Positions 11,182-22,635 of a stretch of 64,000 nucleotides of DNA are shown here, piece after piece. The DNA comes from Fistulifera solaris. Taxonomy: Eukaryota. A program made the position numbers and the translations under genes. The notes beneath the pieces are model-generated. The model was not told the origin of the DNA and did no database searches. It saw only the letters and a list, made by a program, of their open reading frames with translations. The stretch is taken from assembly GCA_030295235.1 (NCBI GenBank), contig AP026135.1, forward strand, positions 1,178,001 to 1,242,000, written 5' to 3'. Within the stretch, counting starts at the first letter, position 1. Each line of letters starts with the position of its first letter.

Positions 11182-12862
11182 GTTAGGCTGCGTTGCTGAA
11201 ATGTCGGTATCGAACGTTTTTTTGATGGAAATGAAATTATGAGAAGTTGATGTTGCAAACGGTTGGAAAAATTGCCAGGTCGTCCAGCATGCGGAGGCAG
11301 ATTTTTTGTTATGTGGGTTCGTCCAAGAATGACGACTCACACTAAACATTAGTTAATGTTGTGACCAGCAAGACTTAACAGCTTATGGATGAGTGCCGGA
11401 CCAGTAGAATTCACGGTCGACGTTGTTCGAAGAACAAATAGCATCCGTTTTCTTTCTTTTGGTTGCTGCTTAGACAATAATTGACAAAGCCTTTTTCCCT
11501 TTTCGACAGATTGCAGATTGCTGATTGCTACAAACTTTTCCAACCAAAAAGGGAAGAAAGGGTCACGTGCACCATTAAGTGGAGTCGGGGATAAAGGCAT
11601 AAATACTTACATAGTAACACCCGCTTTCAACTAAAGGTACAAGCTACTTGGTATTAATAAATACAAGAACAGAAAACGCAAGACTCCTCTCTCTGAGAAA
11701 TCGATCATTAATCCAGAATCCAGAGTCCAGACTTATTATACATACGAAACAGAAAAGGTGAAACAGGTTTAAATTTTTTAAAGGAAGAATAATACTCGAT
11801 ATTCCAAAACGGAGTTCGGAGTATATAAATGGGAGAGTGGCTTAAATGTAAGCGAATAATGATGCTATACAAAGTTCAATTTAAACACGCACAGCGCACA
11901 GCCCGCCTTCACACGACCCACAACCACGACATCTCCTATCTCTGACGTCTGACTCTGACGTCTCTGACATCTGAAATGACTCTGACACCTGACACTGGTA
12001 AACGTCATGAAGCGACACAAGACGCAATTCCATGTTCTCTGATCCCTACCAGTATCTACGACGAGGCAGAATTTTAACGTCCTTCCCAGGTACGGTACGG
12101 TACGGTACCGGTAGTACAAATGCCTCGAATCTTCAGTACGAGGCGTTCAAATCTGCTGCCGCAGCAGGACATTGCATAGAGTTTGACAAGGATCTCAAAG
12201 GAGTATAGGATCTTGCGACTTGCGACCCCGCCAGATTTTCACGTCCTTTACCATTCGCATGCCGCTCAACCTTTTTGGGCCTCGAGCCTCGAGCCTCGAG
12301 CCTTTTTTATTTTTACCTGGTAAGAGGCCGACAGAAAACCTCGGGTGACACGTCATCTGGTCTGTCACGGATGTGACGTTAGATCTCCGGGGAGCGAGCC
12401 CCTCGGTTGCGGAAAGGGCGAGAACGAAAAAAGCTCCCCGGAGTCAGACGCCAAAGTCGGCTAGTAAAAATCTAAGTCGACGTGATTGCGGTTTACAAAG
12501 AATAGTAGAGTCTTCGTAGAGAGAGCTAGATCATTGCCACCACTGATGTAGCCTCTCTATTGCCTCGTCACTCATCGCTCATCGAATTCAACTGTAATCT
12601 GCCAGATGACTAAAGCTAGCGTTTTCTTCCTACGTCGTAAGAGTGAACAGTGGAACGGAGTAGAGATACCGAAACCAAAACAGTACGATGATATCTTTGC
12701 TTGCTGCCATGCTAAAGCTCAAGTTATAACATGCGTTATTCTTTAACAACTAAAATGTCCAATATCCTTATGTGAATCTTTTGGCGTGGACACGATCTTT
12801 CCGCTACGATATGTAACTATGAATAAGACTCCTTGCAATTGCCTTGAATCTGTTCTCGGTCT

Positions 12863-13435
12863 CTAGATGAACTCCACATGGCAGACAGACGATCGTAGAG
12901 CGGCTTTGCAAGAACGGCTGAGGAATTTGCTAGAAGATAGACTGTTAACATTTTGCTTGCATTCAAGCAAAACGTCAGCAGATAGATCAGTCAGTTTTCT
13001 GCCATCATCTTGACGTTTGCGAAGCTGACGACGGAACCCACAGTTGAACATTGCATTGCAGTAGCTACGCGGGTAAAGCCGTCTGCAAAAGTCGCAGTTG
13101 TTGGAAGAGACGGCTGCGCTGAATGAGCCGAAAGTTCCGGAGTCAAGGACCGCTTCGGCATCAATGAGCTTGCGTTTTGCGGCGTCGGCAGTTACCTTCC
13201 ACTTGGGAACTTCGTAGTTGTTTGCAAGCAGTGCCATGTCAATGTCGGGGATCATCTTGCTGTCAAGGAATAAAAGCTCTTGCTCGGTACACGAAGTCGG
13301 CCCGGCTTGCTCGTTTACGTAGTATACGACCATTTCAGGTGCCTCCATCGGCGCTCGAGCTGCATCATCAAGCGTCATGAGTTGTCCATTGACAACAGCG
13401 AGAGCTGAAAGCAAGGTGGGAAGAAGAAACCTCAT
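12863..13435 (-). CDS. Secreted RxL-containing Cys-rich prepropeptide, family member P3 (190 aa)
   Basis: ATG at 13435: MRFLLPTLLSALAVVNG-Q; PEMVVYYVN; KRKL; NCDFCRRLY; RRQLR; RKL; ends CHVEFI. Confidence 0.85.
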   Translation of the reverse strand: MRFLLPTLLSALAVVNGQLMTLDDAARAPMEAPEMVVYYVNEQAGPTSCTEQELLFLDSKMIPDIDMALLANNYEVPKWKVTADAAKRKLIDAEAVLDSGTFGSFSAAVSSNNCDFCRRLYPRSYCNAMFNCGFRRQLRKRQDDGRKLTDLSADVLLECKQNVNSLSSSKFLSRSCKAALRSSVCHVEFI

Positions 13436-14449
13436 TGTGATCTTTTCAAGTATCGGTGTTGTTTTTGACCTGGAGGGAATTTGTGTGAAATTGTGCAGGT
13501 TTAAGCCGAAACAAAAAGCTCCATGGGCGAACCTTAATAAACGGATTTTGGAGAACGAATTTACGACCAACTACAAAAGTGGTGTACCAGCGAAATGATA
13601 TTGAGTATTGAGTATTGGGGATTGAGAACAAAGTCAAGATTAGCAAAGATGCCAAATAGTACAGAAGCCGAAAGAAGTAATAAGTATTGTCATCCGGTTT
13701 TTGCCTTTCAGGCCCTAATAAGCAAAAAGACATAAAAGACGAGTACTTGTACATTTTTTCTGCGTTTGGGAAAGTGTTATGCCGAGCAAGACGCCGTTTG
13801 CCGATAGCAAACAAGCTACAATAGTGAGGCTGTATTTTGTGTAAGGAAGGCCGACAATTGACACAAGCAAAAGTCAGATTCCGCTTAGCACAGTAAATTG
13901 ATGCAAATTTTCCAAGTACCGTACTTGTAACGGTACGGTTTACGGTGTACGGTACCGGTACCTAAACCTAATTTCGTAGAGCGCAATAGGACACAGCGTT
14001 AAAGTTTTGCCTCGTCGTGGACGCTAAGTAAAGTCTTGTACTGGAGGCAGAATTTTGCCGTTCTTTGGTACAAGTACGGTACCCGGTATTAATCGGAATA
14101 ATTCCTGTTCCGATAAAGACTGAAAACACGGATTCCAGTCCAGACCTCAGACTTTACACCTCACACTTCACACAAGGGAAGGATCGTTCGTAATTACGTT
14201 TACTACAAAGCACTCGTACCGGTACCTGGTATTGCCCTTCTAAAGCCCAAAAAAAACACTGTGGAAACAGTCGGACGTGGCTTGGTTCTTTACGAGGCTT
14301 CACCCAACAACAGGAAGTCAACAAACTAATCCAAAGGAGAATACTTTCACCCAACAACTATCATCATCATTCATTATAATATTATGTTATGAAAAAAAAA
14401 AGCTCCCGATGACACAACAACATGAAATTCCTACTGGTACACGGAATTT

Positions 14450-14542
14450 AAATTGACTCATGACCATCCTAGCTCGTTTCTCACTCATGCGCATCGGTAC
14501 CCAGTCTTTAAGTAAAATTAATCGTTACATAGTCACACCCGT
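14450..14542 (-). mobile_element. Partial copy of the MITE-like element at 17268..17389 (reverse complement, one terminal repeat missing)
   Basis: About 93 bp nearly identical to the reverse complement of 17268..17363, ending in ATCGTTACATAGTCACACCCGT. Confidence 0.65.
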
Positions 14543-16046
14543 TACCGCGTCCTTCAACGGAGAATTCGAGGGTGGATGACATCAACACGCGATTTGTTGT
14601 GGACGAAAGGAGAATGATCTCAGTCTCGATCTTTTATAGGCGTCCCTATCCCTATCTACGACATCCACTATGAACTACTCCTATAGAAAGTTTGTGCTTA
14701 GAAATGTAACAAGAGTGGACGTGAGACTTCGCTCTTCGATTCCACTTTTCACTGATGCCTGGTAAGCTCCGAGGTCATTATTGACACACTGTCAAGAGAG
14801 GAGTCTATGCTACGCCGTTAACGGTATTTGACGACTTTCAATGACATTGAGCAGCGGTAAGCTTTGCATTCGAATTTGATTATTGTTCAAAACTTTCGGG
14901 TCTCGGGTCCACTGGCCACTGGACGATGATGATCATGATCATGATGACGATGAATTTCCATTTGCAAACGGATAAACATCGTCGAAATTGCTTTGTAAAA
15001 CGTGCTTCGTTGAATCCGAGTTATATTGATTCGCAAGTTGCTTTTTGCGCCTATCGTTCATAACCTCCTTTTATCTATGATTTTTGTCAGTAAATGAAGA
15101 GATGTTATGTTGCAGCATTTGACGCGATACTATTAAATCTTAAAAAAGAATTTTGCAGGCTCCACTCGATGCAATAAAGGTTGTCTGAAACCCTATTGCT
15201 TGAGATACATTATGGTAGCAATTGTGGTTTTGAAATTCCGGAACAATGTTTCCTGGATAATTTTTCCTAGATTTGTCGACAGGGTGGCCCCGACAGAGGA
15301 GCAGTGGCTTGCGACGCCAATGAAATGGCGATGTCAACTCTATCAAGGCCAGAGAATTTTATTTTGTCCATGCACAGTGTTCTCATAAACGGTGCAAGCC
15401 GCCAACATCGCAGTAATAAGCCATTCGAGGCGGATTGTAGAATCGAGCCTTTCAAGTTTCATGTCGAAAGGTGTTCATGAAAATGTCTCCACAACTGTTA
15501 CATAAAGAATGCTGCTGTTGAGATAAATCAACAAAGTGCTCGAACAATCGAATTATGCAGCTGTAATTCTAGAAGAAAACGACCCGCTCATTATTTGAGC
15601 GATTGAGAGAGTTTTTGACCAGAAAGAATTAGGAAGAGAACTTTCAGAAAAACAGATTATTGCCCATCAAAGTTGATGCTTGAAACCAATCCAGTTCTTT
15701 TTTTCTTTTGTTTGTTGCTTTTGAATCAAGTCTAACGAATCCTTCTTAACCAGCGTACACATTGAAACGAAGACACGCCCACGGATTGACGTAGCCAGAT
15801 CTACCCACAGAATGACATTTAAGCTCTCAAAAGTGATCCTCGCTTTGGTACGTAGTAATGAACTAAGAGTCTCGAGCACAATGGATTATTTTTTCCTGCA
15901 AAGGATATTTCAACACAACACAAGCCAAAGATTTAAAAAAGAAATATCAATGAAATATCTCTATGATATCGTAGTATAATTTCGTATCGGGATTTATTAA
16001 CAAATGCATGCAGCTTAACGACAGCAACCTTCTTCTTTAAAGCCAC

Positions 16047-16535
16047 TTAGACGAACTCAACATGGCAAGTAGAGCCTGCAAGAGCAGTTTGGCACGTTTT
16101 GCTGAGAAATCGGTTTCTTGACGAGATCAAAGCAACATTGTCTTGGCACATTTGTAACATCTCAGCGCCAAGCTCTTTAGTGTCCAACTTGCGCGAAGCG
16201 TCATTCTGACGAAGCTGCCGACGGAAGCCGCAGTTGAACATTGTGTTGCAGTAGGATCGGCTGTATCTATCTTTGCACCAGTCGCAGTTAGCATTTAACT
16301 TGCGTCGGGTGGGGTCCGTAGTAGTGAACTCCCATTTAGCCGGGTCGAAGTTGTTGGAGATGAGAGCCATGTCGAGGTCAGGAATCATTTTGCTGTCAAT
16401 GTAAAAGAATTCCTCTGGAGTGCAAGCATTTTCCCCTGCGTTAACGTTAACATAATAGACGGCGACTTCGGGAGCCGCAAGCTGTGCAGTGACAGAAGCG
16501 GCAGTTGCGAATAAAGAAATGATAATAGATTTCAT
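16047..16535 (-). CDS. Secreted RxL-containing Cys-rich prepropeptide, family member P4 (162 aa)
   Basis: MKSIIISLFATAASVTA-Q; PEVAVYYVN; RRKL; NCDWCKDRY; RRQLR; RKL; ends CHVEFV. Confidence 0.85.
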   Translation of the reverse strand: MKSIIISLFATAASVTAQLAAPEVAVYYVNVNAGENACTPEEFFYIDSKMIPDLDMALISNNFDPAKWEFTTTDPTRRKLNANCDWCKDRYSRSYCNTMFNCGFRRQLRQNDASRKLDTKELGAEMLQMCQDNVALISSRNRFLSKTCQTALAGSTCHVEFV

Positions 16536-17267
16536 GGTGTTTGTTTGCGTGTGATGGTCGTTTGATGTTCCTCGGTGCTGATTTGATAGTTATGTGCAAT
16601 CGTGAATGATGACGGAGAAAATCGAAATCGAAATCGAAATTGCGTGAGGGGTCGGAGTCAAAGTTCACGTGACCGGCGGAGGGGGAAAAATGAACAATGA
16701 CTGGCACTCCGTACTAAACGGAGCATTTTACGATTAAAGATTTCTTATAAGGGATGACGTTCTTTTAGGTAAGCTGAGGACATCAACCATGAGGATGCTC
16801 TGTTCTGTACTAAATCCGATGCCGAAGGAACTCAAAGCCGTATCTTGTGGATCTTGTTGGTTAACGTACTATCATTATTACAGTACAGATGCGTGGAATA
16901 ATGAATAATATTCAATTACTCTTTCGATTTTCGATTTTCTTGTTTTCCAAGCATGCGTGTGGCGAAACGTCAATACAGCAGAATCAGGCAAGAATGCACT
17001 TAACGACGAATAAAGAAACGCCGCAAGAAAGTTTGCTCGCATTCGTCCTCACTAAAATGACGAAAGTGCGCAGGGCGCACCAATTGCATTGCGCGATTCC
17101 GCAAGGAGAATTCCAGATTTTACCAGTGAATCTTTTCCCGTTTATGACTTATTACTTATTACACTGCAAGCATAAGCATCGAGGTCGAACACTCGTGGCT
17201 CGTGGCACCTCGCTCCACGCGTTTTCATAATGAAACATGACCGCGACACAACAATTAATCGTGGGGG

Positions 17268-17389
17268 ACGGGTGTGACTATGATGTAACGATAAATTTTA
17301 CTTAAAGACTGGGTACCGATGTGCATGAGTGAGAAACGAGCTAGGATGGTCATGAGTCAATTTGTAAATCGTTACATAGTCACACCCGT
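17268..17389. mobile_element. MITE-like element, about 122 bp, with about 22-bp terminal inverted repeats
   Basis: Left ACGGGTGTGACTATG(ATG)TAACGAT and right ATCGTTACATAGTCACACCCGT; non-coding interior; second copy at 14450..14542. No target-site duplication seen. Confidence 0.65.
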
Positions 17390-17934
17390 TTCACAACACA
17401 CAGCACACAGCACACAACGACGTTTTTGTAACTTGTTTCGAACATAGCACGCTGTACCAGTAGCTCGCTAGAGAAGAGAGGAGGCTCTCTATAGACTCAA
17501 GAGAGTCGTCTTTAGAGAAAAGTACCTGGTACCTGGTACGGAACCGTAGGTCAAACGACTAAAGACTAACCAGGATCAGTTGTCAGAATTTCGTGGCAAG
17601 TGGCAGGGAATATTACTATGGAGTAGCTTGCACTATTTTGCGATACAGCAATGAATAACATCGAAATCAAGACTCATGACTCATGACTAAAAGTCCTTAA
17701 CCTTAATCTTACTAATCTGGAGTTCATAACCTTTGAGGCAAAGTGAAGGTGACATCACATCTCATGTCACGCGTAGTTCCTGTTCGCGTCCAAGAATTCT
17801 TGCATACTGGTAGTGTCGCGAATCCTTTTTGTTCTTTTGACAGCAATCCACATTCTTGCAATCAGGGTCTTTGGTAGAGATTCCTTCTATTTCTATCTTC
17901 AAAATCTATTTTACATTTAAATGAGTGAAAAGTC

Positions 17935-20121
17935 ATGCTCCGTAGTAGCTTGAGCACTTTATATTCCGCAGCACGCCGTGACTATTCCACGACGCTCCTA
18001 CGCAACAAGGAACGCCCGAACATTTCTTCTGTGTTGATCGCCAACCGTGGAGAGATCGCTCATCGCATCGTTCGAACGCTCAACAAATGGGACATTGAGT
18101 CTCATACGGTTCATTCTTGCGTCGATCCTCGCGTAAAGGGGTCTAACTACACGCATCCTATAGGAACGGGCCCGCAGTCTAACGAATCTTATTTGCTCGG
18201 TGAAAAATACATAGATTTGTGTTTGCAACACAATATACAAGCTATTCATCCAGGTTATGGCTTTTTGAGCGAGTCGACTGCTTTTGCACAAGCCGTCATC
18301 GATGCAGGATTGACTTGGATCGGACCATCGCCTCACAGCATGAATCTCATGGCCTCGAAAAGCGTCGCAAAACAGATTATGCAAGATCGGGGTGTTCCTG
18401 TTACGCCTTCTTATCACAATGATGAAAATCAGTCGTATGAACATTTATTGCAACAGGCAAGAGAGATTGGCTTTCCGGTTTTGATCAAAGCTGTCATGGG
18501 CGGTGGAGGAAAGGGGATGCGGATCGTTCGACAAGAGAAAGAATTCCTGTCGTCATTGCAAGCCTGTCAGCGTGAAGCCGCCGCATCCTTCAAAAATGAT
18601 ATCGTGTTACTCGAAAAATACTTAGATCAACCGAAGCATGTGGAAGTTCAGATTCTAGCAGACTCGCACGGCACAACTTTGGCTTTGGCAGAACGCGACT
18701 GTTCACTTCAGCGGCGACATCAAAAGATTATTGAGGAAGCGCCGGCGAGTTACTTGTCGGACGAAATCCGTCAAGATTTGTGGTACGCCGCGGTTCAGGC
18801 TGCCGAAGCGGTAAACTATGTCAACGCTGGAACGATCGAATTCTTGTTGGACTCTAATTTGAAGTCGTTTTACTTCTGCGAAATGAACACTCGGTTGCAG
18901 GTAGAACACCCCATTACGGAAATGATTACCGGATTGGATTTGGTCGAGCAGCAGCTGCGTGTTGCAGCGGGAGAGCGGCTTGCGTTTTCACAAGAAGACG
19001 TGGTGTGTCGTGGACACGCCTTTGAGGCGCGCGTTTACGCCGAGAATCCAGCTCAGCAGTTTCTTCCCGCAGCGGGAGATATGTGGTATTGTCAAACTCC
19101 TCAAGATGGTTGTCGCGTCGATCACATTCCTGATCATTCTCATGTTAGTGTTTTCTACGATCCCATGATCTCGAAAGTCATTGTGCACGGAGGAGATCGT
19201 GACCAGGCACTGAAAAAGCTTGTACGGAGCTTGCAGCAATATCATGTTGCCGGGGTTCCGACTAACTTGGAGTTTTTGCTGAAATGTGCGAAGCATCCGG
19301 TGTTCTCCGCTAGTGCTGCGCAAGTCCATACAGGATTTCTAGCGGATCATCCCCTTCAAGAAGAGCTTGCTGTAAAGCATGCCGGTCCCTCGCCATTGTC
19401 GCAAGCTTTAGGAGCTTGTGTGGTCCAGCTTTGGTTAGAGCAGCGATTAGAATGCTTTGATGATACTTCGACGAGTCAACCGTGGTCCAATCGATGGGGC
19501 ACCTGGAGATTGGGAGGCCATTTGCAGGTGAGAAAACTGCCCTGGATAAAGGATTCCTCTATGTCCTGTACCTATCAACCAGACGGATCCTATCAAATGA
19601 CATTAGAGGATGGAACATCGTACCATGTCCGAGTGTCGAAATCACATACCGTATCGAGAAATGAACTTCATTTTGTTGTCGATGATTCGATTCATTGGAC
19701 AGTAACTGCAGTCCTGTCCATGCCAACACACGACAGTCTTCACGTTTGTTTATGGCCGAAGAATCACCCAACGGATTTTCTGTGGGAATTTAAAGTTCCA
19801 CATCCTTACATGCACCACAGCAATGATGGCGAAGCCAAGGCACTGCATTCTGGACAAATTAAAAGCCCTATGCCAGGTACTTTGCGAACGGTAGAGTGCC
19901 AAGTCGGGCAAACTGTCGTCAAAGGGCAAACGCTGGTTGTTATGGAGGCAATGAAAATGGAACATGCGCTAGTTGCGCCATTTGATGGTACAGTGACGCA
20001 AGTTTGGTCTTTTGCAGCAAAAACGGTTCCGGATGGAGCCGTTCTTGTCACGTTGGAACCCACCGAGTCGACTGGCTTAGACGGTGGTGTCAGCCCTGAA
20101 ACAAACTTTGCTGTTCAGTAG
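17935..20121 (+). CDS. MCCA: Biotin carboxylase/BCCP subunit, most likely methylcrotonyl-CoA carboxylase alpha (mitochondrial)
   Basis: LIANRGEIA, HPGYGFLSE, GGGGKGMR, ERDCSLQRRHQKIIEEAP, EMNTRLQVEHP, C-terminal AMKM biotinylation site; Arg/Ser-rich presequence. Confidence 0.88.
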   Translation: MLRSSLSTLYSAARRDYSTTLLRNKERPNISSVLIANRGEIAHRIVRTLNKWDIESHTVHSCVDPRVKGSNYTHPIGTGPQSNESYLLGEKYIDLCLQHNIQAIHPGYGFLSESTAFAQAVIDAGLTWIGPSPHSMNLMASKSVAKQIMQDRGVPVTPSYHNDENQSYEHLLQQAREIGFPVLIKAVMGGGGKGMRIVRQEKEFLSSLQACQREAAASFKNDIVLLEKYLDQPKHVEVQILADSHGTTLALAERDCSLQRRHQKIIEEAPASYLSDEIRQDLWYAAVQAAEAVNYVNAGTIEFLLDSNLKSFYFCEMNTRLQVEHPITEMITGLDLVEQQLRVAAGERLAFSQEDVVCRGHAFEARVYAENPAQQFLPAAGDMWYCQTPQDGCRVDHIPDHSHVSVFYDPMISKVIVHGGDRDQALKKLVRSLQQYHVAGVPTNLEFLLKCAKHPVFSASAAQVHTGFLADHPLQEELAVKHAGPSPLSQALGACVVQLWLEQRLECFDDTSTSQPWSNRWGTWRLGGHLQVRKLPWIKDSSMSCTYQPDGSYQMTLEDGTSYHVRVSKSHTVSRNELHFVVDDSIHWTVTAVLSMPTHDSLHVCLWPKNHPTDFLWEFKVPHPYMHHSNDGEAKALHSGQIKSPMPGTLRTVECQVGQTVVKGQTLVVMEAMKMEHALVAPFDGTVTQVWSFAAKTVPDGAVLVTLEPTESTGLDGGVSPETNFAVQ

Positions 20122-20932
20122 AAAGATAAAAATATCGACCGATTCGGTCTATTACTGCAGTAGCGTATAGAATTTACAAAGTCTACCTTTGCAAAACAAA
20201 CACAAATTGCAGTTATTGCGGTTATTCTGATGAGGCTGTAAATAATTAGTGTTCCGCGTTGCGCATGTAGCGTAATTTATTGGGTTAACGACAAAAGTTT
20301 AGAGTTATTATAGAGTGTGTTAGACACTCGACCATTTTAGCACCTAGCACATAGCAGTAACTACTTTGTACTTACTCTTTTCCGTAAGCTACAATGAGCC
20401 ATTTACTCCTTTGGATCACAGATCGCACTTTTTAGTATTGTATTTAGTAACGGACGAAGCAGCGTAGTAAGGTATAAGCCCCATGCGCGTCTGGACATTT
20501 AGTGCACAACTAACAACTAAATAATGCGAACATGAGATTTCCACCAAATTTGAAATCGGCTTTGATATTTGCTGCTCAACATTGTACACTATACTCCATA
20601 CGATGGTAATAAGTAGTAAATCCCTTATCCCTTGTGTCTCTTTTTCGTAGCAGCTGCAAACGTGGTTTCCTTGTACTACGTAGCCTGTATTTTGCGATTG
20701 GGACTCTCTAAGATATACAGAACAAGGAGGGAACAAGAAACTGAAAAGGACAAAAGATCTGATACACGACACAGAGAGAGCTCGTTGGCCGAATAGAAAG
20801 AAGAAGTGGGTCTGCGATTTTGAATTGTATACGCTTACAAAACTGCGACCGTCGACCATTGGATCATCATCCCAAACTGTTTACCTTCATAAATAATAAC
20901 AATTCACTAAGTATATTGGATGTGAATAAAGC

Positions 20933-22060
20933 ATGAAGCAGCATGAAGAAAGACTCGGAAGCCAGCAAGACAATGTAAATACGCAAGCAGTGAAAGAAGA
21001 GCGTTTAGCTGCCGGTCAATGTCCAACGTGTGGGCAACAACTCTATACATTTCGAAACTCAGGAATATGCTGCTGTCTCGTAAAGAGAAATCTGCGAAAG
21101 GTTCCTCTGACGATACCAAATCTTGTTGAAAGAGGACAATGCTGTCGTTGCGAACAAAACGATACTTCGAAAACGTTTCAGACGGTAGATGTCTCCAGTT
21201 GTTGGAGCGAGAACGGTATTGCAGGGCCAGCCTTCGGAAGCCTACTTGATCCAATCGCGTATCATGGTACCAGCAGAGAAACAGGGCGAGGCTCTTTATT
21301 CAAAGTAAGAGAGACACAGAATAGTGACCATCGTACCGGATCACCTGCTTCGGTGCTACCCGAGCCTGGTGCGATGAAGACAGCCATGTACGAAGGTGGT
21401 TACAACAGTAAGGGAGAAAAACATGGAGAAGGGGTAATGACATGGAGCAATGGAGATGTCTTCAAAGGGAGCTTTGAAAATGATAAACGCTGCGGACAAG
21501 GTACTATAGAATTCAACGGAGTAAATCAAGATGGCGGAGAGTACGTCGGGGAGTGGCGCGTTGACAAGATGCACGGCAAGGGAACACGTCGATACCCTAA
21601 CGGAGACATGTACGTTGGCAATTTCGATGAAGGGAAGCGAGAAGGAGAAGGACGTTTATATTTCAGCAACGGAGACATGTATTTCGGTCCATGGAAAAAC
21701 AATCAAATGCACGGTCCAGGTCATTATTACTTTTCCTCGGGCACTCGATTTGAAGGAATGTTTTTGTTCAACAAAAGAAATGGAAAAGGAAAGACACAGG
21801 GCAGTTCTGGCTGTCTAGACATATTTCAATATATCAATGATGAACGTGTTGGTCAAGGAGTGCGGTTTGACGCTAAACGCACCCGGGCTTGGAGACTTAT
21901 TCATCAAGCCGATGATGCTATTCGGCAAATCGGTTCCGCTCCTCTAAAACGACACCGCATAACAGTGCCAGAGGCTGTCAGTCTCGTTTATGAAATTGAA
22001 AACGCATCCAATTCGTACGTCGAGGACCTTCTTGCTAGCCGAGGGTTGAAAACATCGTAA
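20933..22060 (+). CDS. MORN-repeat protein with N-terminal Cys-rich (Zn-ribbon-like) module, paralog 1
   Basis: Repeated YxGxxxxxKxHGxG units; N-terminal GQCPTCGQQLY...CCC...PLTIPNLVERGQCCRC. Confidence 0.85.
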   Translation: MKQHEERLGSQQDNVNTQAVKEERLAAGQCPTCGQQLYTFRNSGICCCLVKRNLRKVPLTIPNLVERGQCCRCEQNDTSKTFQTVDVSSCWSENGIAGPAFGSLLDPIAYHGTSRETGRGSLFKVRETQNSDHRTGSPASVLPEPGAMKTAMYEGGYNSKGEKHGEGVMTWSNGDVFKGSFENDKRCGQGTIEFNGVNQDGGEYVGEWRVDKMHGKGTRRYPNGDMYVGNFDEGKREGEGRLYFSNGDMYFGPWKNNQMHGPGHYYFSSGTRFEGMFLFNKRNGKGKTQGSSGCLDIFQYINDERVGQGVRFDAKRTRAWRLIHQADDAIRQIGSAPLKRHRITVPEAVSLVYEIENASNSYVEDLLASRGLKTS

Positions 22061-22635
22061 ACATATCCATAATCGATGTCTCTGTTGCTCCCCGGAGCTT
22101 GGGCTGCGATCTGCGATAGCTTTTCTTTTCTAGCAAATAATCTAAAACCCGAAAGAGGCTATTATTTCATGAGCCCACTAACCACTAACTCTTATTCTTT
22201 TGGACTTACTCGGTTTGACGTAAGAAAGACGTCACGGTCACTTGTTCGATACTACTATATGCTTTAGAGCCGCAACGGAAACTGTTGCTTCTAGAGTGTT
22301 TTTCAAGCACGATCCAATTTTTAAAGCGCGAATGAGCTTAAGACGACACAGCTTGGGCAGTTATGTTGAAGAAACGGTAAGTGGTATGTGGCTTGATGCC
22401 GTTTTGGAAGTGTTCTCTACTGGTTGACTCTAAGTTGGTTCTTGCATGATGGTTTCTGGTCATGAAAGGGACCATCGAGATACAAGAGAAGCTGAGACGC
22501 TACTTAGTATTATTTGTGGAGTGCCCCTTTCGCTCCCCGACGCACTTGGGCCGACATCGTCTTCTCGAGCCTCTCTCAGTCTCTTCGTTTGACGAGCTCC
22601 TGCCTTGACCATATTTGAAATACAACAATAACAGA

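Noticed and set aside
14560..15900. Possible degraded gene between P3 and P4
   Set aside because: Only short broken ORFs, with no motif I can support.
762..16535. Calling the RxL family silaffins, silacidins, frustulins or silicanins
   Set aside because: No KxxK/Ser-rich repeats, no frustulin repeat pattern and no transmembrane segment. Only the RxL signal is shared.
16618..16640. (AAATCG)n and similar short tandem repeats (11941-11995, 17399-17416)
   Set aside because: Ordinary microsatellite-like repeats with no evidence of function.
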